Shown here in pieces: positions 26,328 to 39,100 of a DNA stretch of 64,000 nt (positions within the stretch are counted from its first letter, which is position 1; each line of letters starts with the position of its first letter). Source of the stretch: Styela clava (Eukaryota). The DNA lies in NCBI RefSeq assembly GCF_964204865.1, contig NC_135254.1, forward strand, positions 6,510,001-6,574,000, read 5' to 3'. A program made the position numbers and the translations under genes. Under the pieces are notes generated by a model. The model was given only the letters and a program-made list of their open reading frames with translations, was not told the DNA's origin and searched no databases.

Positions 26328-27747
26328 TTACAGTCAACATGTAAGCACTTTCAGCAGCGCCGACCAGAAGTACCTATAGCACGTCGAGGATGTTTTTGAT
26401 TGTAATTATTTTGATTGTATAACATGTCGATAAACCCAATTTATAACAAAAATTAGCTGTGTCAAAAAGTATGTGTGCTGGTAATAAGCGTTACCATTTA
26501 AAGAGTCAGTTCATATGCGTATTTTTATAAATCAACCGTTTCGGCTTATATGTGAGCATATGAATATCGTAATTATATTTCGATAATTCATATGACCAGT
26601 CTTTTATTGGTCGCATTGCTGAGAAACATATCTGAAGTCTTTGTGGGCTGTCTGCACCTTTTAATGTTACGCTATCCCTCTCCTTATTAGAATTTGATAC
26701 AATTTGTAATTTATTATAAGCTCTGATTCGACCTTATTTGTTTTACCCTCATCTCGAGCCTGAGCTTCTAACTTTTATTGGGCTTCGATTCTTTTAATTT
26801 GGGTCATTGTAAAGTAATTTATTATTTTTCATTTCAGGCAATCAATCAATTGATGTTAATATTACAATTTTTGAATATTAGTTTTGAGATTATATAATTA
26901 GAGCTGAGTGTGATCTTACAAATTGATATTAAACTACATTATTAATCAGAAACTGATGGCTTAGATTATTGATTTCTTACGATTTCAAATTCTTCAAAAT
27001 AAGAGGGTAAGAAAGGTTGTTCTCTGTTCAGCATGTACATGAAAACAACATTTTAGCCCAAACCACACAAATCGTTTGTATATTTTTTCCAAAATCAATT
27101 AGGAAATGTGGAGATGTCATTTTCTGGTTTACTAAAGCAAAATTCTCTTCGGTCCTAATGATTGCTGGTTGGCACTCCAGAAGTGCGTGTACCAATATGG
27201 AGGTAACCAATTTTGTTTGCCAATTTTACATCAAGTTGTGTCAAGGGACGGAAGCCCCTGGGCAGAGGGTATATTCGCTTGGCTAACACAGACAGTCCCA
27301 AACTTGTAATAGAACCAAAATGAAAAAAGTCGATCTTAATTTATGGCCTATCCCTAACCTGACACACATACTACGGAAGTAACAGTTAGTTAGTGAAGCT
27401 GCGACTATCACTAATATAATTCCGTAATTACTAAAAATACCATATAGGTGCAATTTGCATGTGCGCCATGTGTATCTTCCCAAGTTTGTAATCAGCAATC
27501 TCCCATAGCCACAAGTCTAAACTTGATCTGCCTATAGTCAAAAGTCATAAACTATCCTCATAACCGTCACAGGGAAACATTTAGACTTTACATTGGATCA
27601 AGTATAAGGACTGACTGATAATGGCTCCTTAGCTTAAGGAGTCACATTCTCATCAAAGTAGAAGCTGTAATCTACAACTACAGGAACTAGAAAGTCTACT
27701 TTCGCAGTTCACATGACTTATTGTGTCCAATCACGGCACGTAGTTCA

Positions 27748-28536
27748 ATTTTTGGGGTAAATGTTCAAATCTTAAATTGTCCAAAAGGTACCTTTTCGGG
27801 GGGTAAATATGCAAGTCTCAAATTGTCAAAAGGGTACCTCTTGGTGATAAAGTGCAAATCTCAAATTGTTCAAAGGGTACCTACCTTTTGGGGAGTATAA
27901 GAGCAAATCTCAAATTGTCTGTACCTTTTGGGGGTAAAAGGGCCCTCTCGTAGTATGAGAACCTAGATGGCGGGCACTGTAACATAGTAAGTGTACCAGG
28001 TTATAAGTGTGTTCTAATTTTCCTTATTTTAGTTCTATTATGAGTTCGGGACTTAGCCAAGTGACCCCCCCTAGTATTAGTACCTGAAAATATGACCTAA
28101 CCCTAACCTGGTACACAAACTACGTTCCGATGTCCGCCATCTTGGTTCAATACTTCAAGAGTACCTGTACCTTTTTGGGGGTGAAAGATCAAATATTAAA
28201 TTGCCGAAAGGGTACCTTTTGGGGGGTAAAACTGCAAATCTTAAATTATCCAAAGGAGTACACCCCTTTTTGGAGGTGAACGATCAAATCTTAAATTTTC
28301 CAAACGGTACTTTTTGGGGGTAAAAGAGCAAATCTTAAATTGCCCAAAGGTTACCTACTTTTGGGGGGGTAAAAGAGCAAATCCTAAATTGCCCAAAGGT
28401 TACCTACTTTTTGGGGAGTAAACGAAAAAATCTTGAATTATCCAAAGGGTACATTTTTGGGAGTAAAAGAGCACATCTTAAATTATCCGAAGGGTACCTA
28501 CCTTTTAACCAAATCTTAAATAGTCCAAAGGGTTCC
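27748..28536. repeat. Intergenic minisatellite, about 13 units of ~42-48 bp, interrupted by a MITE
   Basis: Consensus about TTTTGGGGGTAAAAGAGCAAATCTTAAATTGTCCAAAGGGTACC; contiguous diverged units without unique spacers. Confidence 0.9.
27941..28165. mobile_element. Modular MITE family member inserted in the minisatellite
   Basis: Inverted ends CTCTCGTAGTATGAGAACCTAGATGGCG / CGCCATCTTGGTTCAATACTTCAAGAG; TAACCCTAACC motif. Confidence 0.75.
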
Positions 28537-28880
28537 GCTCCGTCTCAAACGACTAAATAAGTCAGAAGAATGGCAAATATATTTGGGCACAGAACTGCGT
28601 TTACTGTTTTATTTTCCCTCCCAATCTGGCAAAAGTCAAAAGTGATAATGAATCATATAAAGTCATCTACTAAATATATTCAACAATTACAACATATAAT
28701 ACCTACTAGTATTAGTAACTTTTGTCCTGCACAACAATAATATAAGAGATTGAAACGAAAAATGCATTTCTGGTGCCATATGTACAAAAACGAGTAAAAT
28801 ACAAGACAAAAAAAGAAAAACATTTACCCAGACAAGAACTCTCTCGTCATGACAGGATGATTCATGTTTAATGTATAAAG

Positions 28881-29168
28881 CAGTGTATACTAGTGGTTCT
28901 CAAACTTTTCAAGCCACGCCCCATTTTTGAAATTTGTTAATTTCTTAGCTGCGCCAAGCTACAAATAGCTGTTAGTGAGGCGAAAGTATGTTTTGTTCAA
29001 AAAAAACATGTTGAAAACATGCGGATAAAATCACAATCTCTAAACAAGAAAATGTAAATATCCAAAATAAGGTGAGCAAAATATTTTTATTTTCAATTAG
29101 TTCACGCCACATCAAAATATTGTCCACGCCCCCCTTGTAAAGCATGACCCACCTTTTGAGAACCACTG
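28881..29168. mobile_element. hAT-type MITE (relative of 49771-50238)
   Basis: AGTGGTTCTCAAA...TTTGAGAACCACTG with 8-bp TSD GTATAAAG. Confidence 0.75.
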
Positions 29169-30454
29169 GTATAAAGTATTTTATTCAGCAAGAATACCTC
29201 TAGCGAGTTCACCAAAACGTTCCCACGGTCCAAATCTATGTATCGAGAACATTTCAGTACTCAATCCTGGCCTTGTAACTAAACTAGTGTTGTTATGTGG
29301 ATGTTCTCCCTTGCAGGGAGAACAAAAAAATTCTAGACCATATTATACAAAGTAGGAACACATTGAGTACAGGAAATTTTTTCTAGAGTTTTTATAATAC
29401 TTTCTTCACATTTTTTTAGTCATGGACTAGATTAGATCTTGAAGTTCACCTGGCTTGCCGTTGGGGATAACTATGCTATGTGGCATTCGAAATAGGTTTC
29501 AAACATGAATTCATAAACAATCATAGGAATCTATTTTTCACTTGAATTTGAATGGTCACTTGCAATATTACACACTTGAATACAAGATGAAAGAAACTGA
29601 GAAAAAAAGAGAAATTTGTCAAGATAAACATCTATAAGCCCAATGGTCACAAACCTGACCAAGAAAGAAACCAATTTTTAGGCTGAAATAAGATTTTCAT
29701 ATTACCTGGGTCGAGAGGGGAGACGGCCTAATCATATGGCATACCAATAGTTACTATATATTTTAGATGTAAGGACATTTTATTCTTGATAAATACATGG
29801 TATCTCCCTACATATTAGTGGCAACCTATTTGAAGTAAAAATAACAATGATAAGAAATACAACCAGATGAAAATACATTCATAGCGTGTCAATAATTAGT
29901 AATACACTGAAAAGAGTCAGGAGCAGAAAACCAAGATTGGTTCCGATAAAGGCACTCAAATAGATATCATCATATATCGTAAAAATTGGGAAAGAAAAAA
30001 TTGATGGTTACTTTCCAGGTACATTATAAACCACTTAACACTACTAACCACTACTTAAACGAGAATAAGAAAATATTAAGCAATATATATTCATTATATC
30101 ATAGATAATGTAACAAATAAAAATCACACATTTTTAGAGCTACATCTACTTTGATATGTTATTAACAACTATACGTGACCTGAGCCTCACCTCAGTAACT
30201 GAGATTCATGGACTAAAAAATTAAATTGTTTAAACTGTTATTGAAGCCTTTCTCAGCAGCATTAATTAGTTTATGATCTGGCATCAACAATGAAGACTAA
30301 AATTGAATGGTTCGAGAAATGTTTTTATACACTGTGTCAAATAGAGGATATTGAGAATATTTTAAACAGAGTTGTGTGTTTCAGACAAAAAATCGCTATA
30401 TCTTTTAATGAACTACAATTTTTATTTTGCAAGCAAATATTCTAACCAAAAAAT

Positions 30455-30565
30455 GGTACTCCTGAAGTATGTGCACCAAGATGTCGCACAACCTAAACCC
30501 TAACCTTGTACACAACCTGAGTTCAGGTTGTGCGCCATCTTGGTGCGCATACTTCAGGAGGTCCC
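30455..30565. mobile_element. Modular MITE family, ~100-bp palindromic class (related: 2939-3021, 24375-24463, 35662-35762, 59963-60068)
   Basis: CTCCTGAAGTATGTGCACCAAGATG ... CATCTTGGTGCGCATACTTCAGGAG; same termini as the 215-bp class. Confidence 0.8.
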
Positions 30566-33063
30566 AAAAAATTAACCCTTAACGTAAACCGTAAATGTGT
30601 GTGAATAATCATCAATTTTCAGTAACCAGCAAGATATATTTTGGTTGAAGATTACCTATGATCAAATTGTAGGATCTTTTTTGTCTCAAATCTCTTATGG
30701 GTCCTAAGAGAGTTAAAACATATGATTTTCATCGAATCTTTTCCAATAATAAGTGTATTTGAATCATTGAATAGATATTTTAAAAGTCTCCCAAACCGCA
30801 AAAAAGTTCCGTTGAACCTGTAACGATGGTTACAATTTCTTAAAAATCATATTTTCGAATGTTCTCCATTGCACGTCACATATGTATTATAAGGTGAAAT
30901 ACTGCTATGTTATGGTCATGATTTTTTATGCAATTAAGGAAAAAAAGAATATAAGAATTCATAATAAAAATAGAAATAAATCTTGAAACATGATTACTTG
31001 ACAGCAAAGCAAACCAAATGTATTTGTATTCGAAACCTCAAAAAAGGGATTAAATGGTGGACGACCATACTCAGTGGAATGGCCAGCAGTATGAAAAGAT
31101 ATTTGGGTTGCCCTCAAATGTCAAAATTGTATGTAATCCAACTCAAAGAAGATGATCATGAACCTATTTATAAAACACAAACATATCAAGATAGGGAGTG
31201 TGACACCCCCTGTGAATCACCCCATAAAATTTCGATGAACCAACTGTTCCCCTTATATTAGATAAATACACCAAAACAACCCCACACCATATCTGAAATA
31301 GCAATATTTAGATTATAGAAAAATAAGCATATTTGGATGAGCTGTGAAAAGGAAAGTTATTTTTAGATGGGGGGGTGCAGTCAGTGATGTGATTCAAATT
31401 TCTAAGAACAGGTTTTGTATCAAAGAAACAGGTTCAACATTATAAAAAAAACAAGAATGAACGCACAAACCCATACAATCCCCCCAAACCCCACCACTGG
31501 GTTCAGCCCTGCTTGAGCTGATGATACTAATATGAAAATAATGACGAGGTGCACAAAATGATACCAGTTTTCAGCAATATATATGTAATAGTAACAATTT
31601 TTAAAATAGATTTGCAATATTTTAGGTGAGATTTTTGGTGCAATGGAAGAACTATATATCCTGTCAAAAACATATTCAAAATTCATATGCAATGGAAGTC
31701 TAAATTTCTGAGATCATTTCCGAATCATATTATTTTTGAAATTAACACAGCTGTTTAAAGATCCAAGTGTAAGGTTGAAAACAAAGTACAGATTTTTAAA
31801 GCAACTGTAAAATTTTATTCGAATGACAATTAAGTTTTTGAATTGGTGTTTTTTCCCATTCTTTTCATAAAGAGTTGCGGACAGATACCAGTTTTTCAAA
31901 ATGAATATAGAATTTTGTGTATTATTTATTATTTTAAAATGGAATGACTTTGATTTCATTTTATTTGACCATTTTTGTTGCAGTAGTTTTTTCAATTATT
32001 CATTCGTTAATTTTGCCTGCTAGCCAGTTTGATGGGTAGGTATGACACAGATTGTTATAAGACATAAAAAATGGAACGATTGCATATCGCAATATATGAC
32101 AGCTGATAACAATTTCATTCTAAATTTTGTAACGAAAAAAAATTTAGTACAGTGGTTCACACAGATTGAAGAAATTTTCATTCACAAATATCATGCATAA
32201 TTATAAAAATGCAACAAAATTTTGTGATAAAATCTTACAAAATAGTGATTCTCAGCGTGACCAAATTAAGGTAAACACAATGAAAAGTTCCAAAATGATA
32301 TACCAGTAACAAAAAGTTGGTATGAGAAATGCAGGAAAAAAAAGCAGGCACAAAATTTAGGTTTTAACTTGCATTACTAACTTTAAAGTAAACTTATATA
32401 TATCTACAGTAACCTATTTATAAGCATATATGTACATTCAAAAATAAAAAATATACATCTACAAAAAATCACAATGAAAATATCTAATAAGCTAGTGTAT
32501 AGCAGTAATAGAAATTGAATAGCACAATGAAGAAGCATGTTAAAGGAACAATAAACTTTGCCGAATCCCAGAAATATATTCTAGCAGCAGAATGTGATTT
32601 GCAGGAAAGCCTTTGTGCAAACCATCCATTCCGCAATGAATGCCATTTCATATGTTTACTTTAAGAATTTATTTAGAGTTTTATGTTTATTCAACCTCCA
32701 ACATGCCAAAAAAGTAATTTTATATGTTTACTGTCACCATTTTCGATTTCAATTTCAACCCGAAGTATACTGCGAAAAATTCTCTCCAGGGCATCATGTT
32801 TTATATCAATCAGAAGAACAAAATTTTTTTACTGTATTATTTAACAAAAAGTATCACAGCCTTCATTTCGTGAAAAAAATTTTGCCACAGCTCTGAAGAT
32901 TTGTCACAGCTCTGAAAGTCATGCAGTTCATTCATCCAATACGTGATAAATTGTAACAAAAAATTGTAACCAATGGCTAAATAATGCAGAAGTTTCATCT
33001 CAGAACTAGATTAAAGTTTGAGAGTGGAGTATTCGTTTTATTAACAGCTATAAAAGAAGGAGT

Positions 33064-33191
33064 TTATTCAACTTCTTCATAAATAGGCTCTGGATCTGTT
33101 TGTGTATTTTTCCTTCCAAATAATTCAAGTAATTCTTTATTTGCAAAATATGGACGCTCCGGCGTTCCATCATTGCGTTCCAAGTCTTCCA
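33064..33191 (-). CDS. SLC44 alternative last exon B: [42 protein letters not shown]
   Basis: Acceptor tttttgcag|TG in phase 1; paralogous to exon A with many synonymous differences; TAA stop. Confidence 0.85.
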
Positions 33192-36100
33192 CTGCAAAAA
33201 TATAAACAGATATGAGTAACTTAGACAATCAAAAAAAAAAAAAAATACCGAACACAGAGTCTGGGGTTCATTATACGACTCCTGCTTCTAATACAGAAAA
33301 TTTGATCGGTAAAACTTAGCGCTACTCAAACTCTCTTTAATTTCATTTGAAATTTCAGATTCTTCTCTGGAAATTCGACTTTACCTCCTGACATTGAAAA
33401 GTGTTGATTGTCAAATCAAACTCCACAAAAAGCACGCAAAAATAATCAAACCCTGAATCTTAAATTGTTGCGTCAATTTGTTGCATCGCAAAAAGACATT
33501 TGGTAATATTCTGCTACTTGGGTAAAAATTACATCGTTTTACAAAGGCCAACTGAACAAACTGGATGAAAAAGGTAATTGGAGTTGAGTGGTCTCTCCAT
33601 TCTATGCCACTGGACATCGGTTCAGTGGAATAGAAACTGTGTGAGTGAAATGTTCAGAATCTTAAAAATGTCACACAAACGCATGCAAATATATTTAATT
33701 AAAGTGTTTAATAGTAGTAATAATTTATTAATTACTGACTAAATTATAAATCAAAATTAGTTGTAATATAAAAAGTAATCAAACAATTCATATAAAAACT
33801 TTTTTTTCTAAATATCAGTAACACCACACCAATCAAAGGAAAACTAAAAAAATTATAAATTTTTGATCAATCAGTTCCTCATATTAATCTCAGAATCTGG
33901 ATGACAGCTTGATTCGATGAAAAACTTACAATGTATTTGTTGACTTTCAAAATTATAATTTTTATTCAGTTTGATTTAAGTATTTTGTGACGTTCCACCG
34001 AAGTCGAACCTTTTTTATACAAATAGGACTAATAGCTGAAAAAAGTATTAAGATACATGAATCACTTAGAATATCACTGATCTTTAATAAGTAGGTTATT
34101 CTTAAATTATGCGGATATTGGCTTTATAAAAGTGTTGGATATTCATATTTATGCTGGGGAAGAGAAAGATGATACAGCGTTTTATTCAATATGGCGACCA
34201 ACATCCTCTTATATGGTTACCACTCCATGTCAGATATAGGAATTGTACATATGGTAATAGATATAAGACAAGATGCATGGACTTATTTACACGATCGCGA
34301 GGGCATAAAAGTAAGATGAGTGGTTCAACCACGGAAATAAAATTTAAAAAATTTGTTCGATCCATATAAGAAACACTGATTTATATATAAATATGGACTT
34401 GTGTGATTTTTCTCTGATCGATACCACATTGAAGCCACCACATGACAATGTGACACCAAAGTGATGACATAAATCCACTATATGCTACTGATGACACCAT
34501 ATGACGCTGTTGTTGCCACCATGGGATACTGTGGTCACCATTTACCGCCATGGCCTCGATATGATGACAGCCTACCCACCATATTGTCACTCATCTAGGT
34601 TCTAACTTGTTACATTATCTATTCACAGTTTATAGTAAATTCATTTCGGTTCACGAGAGGTAAAATAGGTAACTTATTTATACATACAAAACTTTTGCTA
34701 GATAAACATTTACAAATATAAATTATGATTCCTATAAGAGTGATCAAATAGAGCAAAGCCCCTTTTTCTCTATATTAAAGTTATTGAACATACAAATGGT
34801 CTGAGGAAAGTTCCATCTTATGTGCTAATTACCAATATAGGGTTGATTTTTACCACCTACACTAGCTAGACTTCAGTATGACGAGCTTTGATGCTTGCAA
34901 GCATTTTGCATTTCAAGTTTAGATTCCGATTTAAACTCCTAGGAGTCAGTAAACCTATAATTTCAACTAAGGCTATGTAGAATGGTTGGAGGGAAAATTC
35001 CAATGAATATTTGAAAAAAGAATTTGAATAATATTCGAATAATCCTTATAACAGAAAAATATTAGATTTTTAGCGACTATGACTAATTGACTACTGCTAC
35101 ATTTTTGGTTGTGCTATTATTTATTACAGGGTTTCCCAAACAAAGATTGATCAGACGCTTTTCATAACAATGCGAACCCCCTGTGAAGTCATCAAGGACC
35201 CACAGGGGGCCGGTTTGAGAAACCCTGATTCAGTGAATTAGCATGCAATATTGAATTAAAAAATCCGGTAGTAGGTGCTGAAAGTGTTAATCAATTCAAT
35301 TTGTCAGTGCTATAAGGGTTAATTGATTAAACCGTGCAAAATTAAAACTAAAACTAATTCACCACAAGCGTTATTTTTGCTACTTTTTCTACAATTTACG
35401 TTTTATTCTTCCACTTTAGGTTTTTTATTTTTCTTTCCTAGGAGTTCCATGAGTCCTTTGCTCATGTAATACGGTTTCTCTTGACTGCCGTCGTTACGTT
35501 CCAAATCCTCCACTAGGTGGAAACATTTTATTGAATTAAACAAGCTTAAGAAAAACATGGGAAAAAGTATGAAAAATATTGTGATTGGAAAAATATTTTT
35601 TATTTATGTTAAGCATTTCCTGTTAAAGTGAGGTTGTAACATTCGTAATGTAAGCCAAACCGGTGCTCCAGAAGTATGTGCACCAAGATGGTGCACAACC
35701 TGAACTTTAACAAATCATGTTCATTTGTGCGCCATCTTGGTGCACATACTACGGAAGCTCCGCCAATCCATATCATTATTAAGACGTGCCTCGTAGCAAC
35801 CAACCAATTGCTATTCTGCTAAAAATAAAAAAAATAAAATGTAAAGTTATCATCATATCCCAGTACCTAATTTTATTAGGAAATGAAGCAAGGGGCCCAC
35901 AATTTCCCAAACAAGTATTCCATCCCTATTTACAGGATTATTTTTCTTTTTTGAACGGAAATTGAAGTTAGCATTCAATACTTACAGAAGCATAAGAAGA
36001 TTGTGTCCACTGCCATTCCATAAGTGTTGAAAAATCCAGCAGCAACTATGTAGGCACCAATTCCAATCACCTAAAAACAATTTATATATAAATAAAAAAT

Positions 36101-39100
36101 GTCTCAACTCAATGATCTAGTTGTCAGGGTCCTGTTTTCATAAGACTTGAAATAGGCAGAGCAAATATCATACCAAATTTTGAAAAACAAGAATTTGTGA
36201 TGATAAAATATTATTATAATGAGTTGCATTCAAACAAAAAATTGTAAAAGTTCAGAGAAGAAGTGAAAACATTGGACTTATTAGTGATATACCTACATTT
36301 TTATGAAGTTGAACAAAACATTATTCGGATTTCAATTGCTCAAAATTATACCAATTTTTTAAAACAAATCATCACAAAATATTTCTAAAATTATCAATCC
36401 ATGAAATCGAATTTAATTTATTTTAATTTGAAATTCATTTCATACAACCCCTTCCCAATAACATTCTCAATAATATTCTTACCACAATTGGTAGCCAGTA
36501 GTAATTCAAGGAAGGCACATATCCAGATACAAACGATATCTGGTTGCTGAAGAAAGCCCAACTCAAGGCAACCAAGCCGGATGTTACAATCAATTTACCT
36601 GCAAAAAGTAATTTTATGGAACTAGAAAATGCTACTATTCATGGCCGGGGTTTCAACAGACTTATCACTTTCATCGTCGTCAATAGGAAACAATGTGGGT
36701 AGTTGATGTTTAACTATAAAGGTTCGAGGCCTACCAACGAATACTGACCTAATACACAATAATGGGCGCTCCAGAAGTATGTGTACCAATATGGAGCTAA
36801 CTAATTTTGATCGTCTATTTTACATCAAGTTGTGAAAAGAAACTGAAATCTATGGGCAGGGGGTATATTCACTTGGCTAACACAGACAGTCTCCGAACTC
36901 GTAAAAGAACTAAAATAAGGAAAATCAGAATAAAATTATGGCCTAATCCTAACCTGGTACACATACTACGGGAGTACCCAAAAATGACTTCTTGTCTAGA
37001 GCAGTGGTTCCTAACTCCACCAAACCGATGGACTCATGAAATATGACAGAATATTGAAATGAATTACTGACTGATCAATGATGGGATGGCAAATGACAAG
37101 CACATTCTTGAAGCTTAAAAACGAATCACCAATCTATATCAAAGAATGTGAAATAAACAATAAACAAAATATAAAAACTTACCCATAAAAAGCAAGAAAT
37201 CTGTTACTTTATCAACAACGGCAACTCTAATAATATTTCTCATGATTAGTTTGAAGGCTTCCTTTGCAGACCAGCAGAAGTTCTTGCCATAGACTGCAAC
37301 CTACGGGTATGGACAATATTATGAGTCTATTTTTATCAAGAAAATGTTGATTTGATAGTTTCACAGGGTGAGTATTAGTAAGTTTTTTAAAATTGGCCCC
37401 ACTGATTTATAATATAGTGCCATATAATAGAATGCTGAGATCACAAATTTTCAAAAAATACAAATATTGAAAAAAAAAAAATTTTTACATCAATAAAAGA
37501 TTGCAAGGTAAAAGTATAGTTAGCAAATGGCATAGTTCAAAAGCTCCCAACATAAATTTTCCAGTAGTCCCTCATTTTTATATATCAGTAGTCGAGTGAC
37601 AAAGATGTCATTGTGAAAAATTTAACCTATAAACTACCAAAAAACTTTTATAACTGGATATGGATAAAAGGTCCTGATTGCCATTTTAAAAGCAGCCTAC
37701 TCATAGGGAGCCATATATACAACAGGTTTGATTTTCAGTTAATGATACTTATTGCTTATTTGCATTTAGTTGCTTTTCACGTTATAGCTGAATTAGGTTT
37801 GTATGAAGTCTACCATTAGTGAGAAAAAACGTTGCAAAAGGCATATTTGTGTTGTTGCGCAGCAAGATTCTTCAATTGTTTAAAAGAAAAGCAATCCCCA
37901 CAACTTACCATAATGTATGCATTCCTGTTCAAGAACTTCATGAATTTTTCCAGACACCAAAAACAGCATTTGCAGCACTTAATGACAAACTTGGCTACTT
38001 TGCTTTCGGAACTTTTCACTTTATGATCAATGTACTCAAGCATAACTCGTATTATCTGTATCAGAGCAATGATAAATGCTCCAAATGCTAGAGATCCAGT
38101 ATGGTACCTGAACAAGAAAGCAATAAACGTATTATATAGGTATGGAGATGCCATTATAGGTAAATTTAGGCATGCGTCAAAATTTTGATTCATGTTTCTA
38201 CTTCTCAGCACAGTAGTCAATAATATTACCAAAAAACTAATCAGAAAGTCATCAAATTCCTTCATTTGCCTATTTTTTGCTTTTGCACAGTTTAAGTAGT
38301 TTATAATATGTGCTTAACCTAATCCTCCCGGTTTGACGCATGCGCGAAATTTCAGACGTTTTGCAATGCTGTGTGTATACCATGAGGTCTGGAATGTTTG
38401 TTATGGTCTTGCTTGAAAGGAAATCTTATTCCCCACACAACGATATGAGAATGAACCTTATATGACATTTAGAAGTGATAAAATTTCGCTTACATATCAC
38501 GCGTGTACTTCCCGCTGCGATATAAAAACGTCGCACAACAAGAAAATGATTCCATAAACCTTGGCGATGCGCGCAAACCAATAACAAAAGCTAGTATGAT
38601 AAGGTCTTATTTTGAAGGTCATTTTATATGCTACATAACATAGGAGAGTGGACATCTCACAACGTCAGGAAGTTATAAAAATATCGAGTCGTTTGATCGC
38701 AGCTGCCTCACCGAAAAAAAGTTAGGCGTTTTATCTCGCAAATTCTCCTTGTCTGACGATTATAAGCTTTTATGATTCATAATAAATGTTTTATTATGAC
38801 TCACAAAAGCTTTCAACGCGATAAAGCACAAACAAACAACCGATCGATCTATCAAGCTTAGCCTGGCCTGATTCGATGTGGTGACTTCTCAAACGGAAAA
38901 TTTCCAAAACGCTTGAACAACATGCGCTATGGAAAAGCATTTAGTATCATATGAAAGAGAAAACCAATGTGCAGTCAACTGTATAGTCACATTTCAGCTT
39001 TACAATAGCGATAGACGTCCAACAGCTGATAGAATGAGAGAGTGTAAATATTTTTATTATTTTTTGACGTTACGAAAGACCTCTTGAAAGAGGTGTTTTA

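Noticed and set aside
27748-28536. CRISPR-like array
   Set aside because: Units are contiguous diverged tandem copies without unique spacers, there are no cas genes, and the context is eukaryotic.
36807-37046. Recurring similar short ORFs (also 52135-52344, 27017-27286, 2927-3127)
   Set aside because: Similarity comes from copies of the same non-coding MITE, and frames are not conserved among copies.
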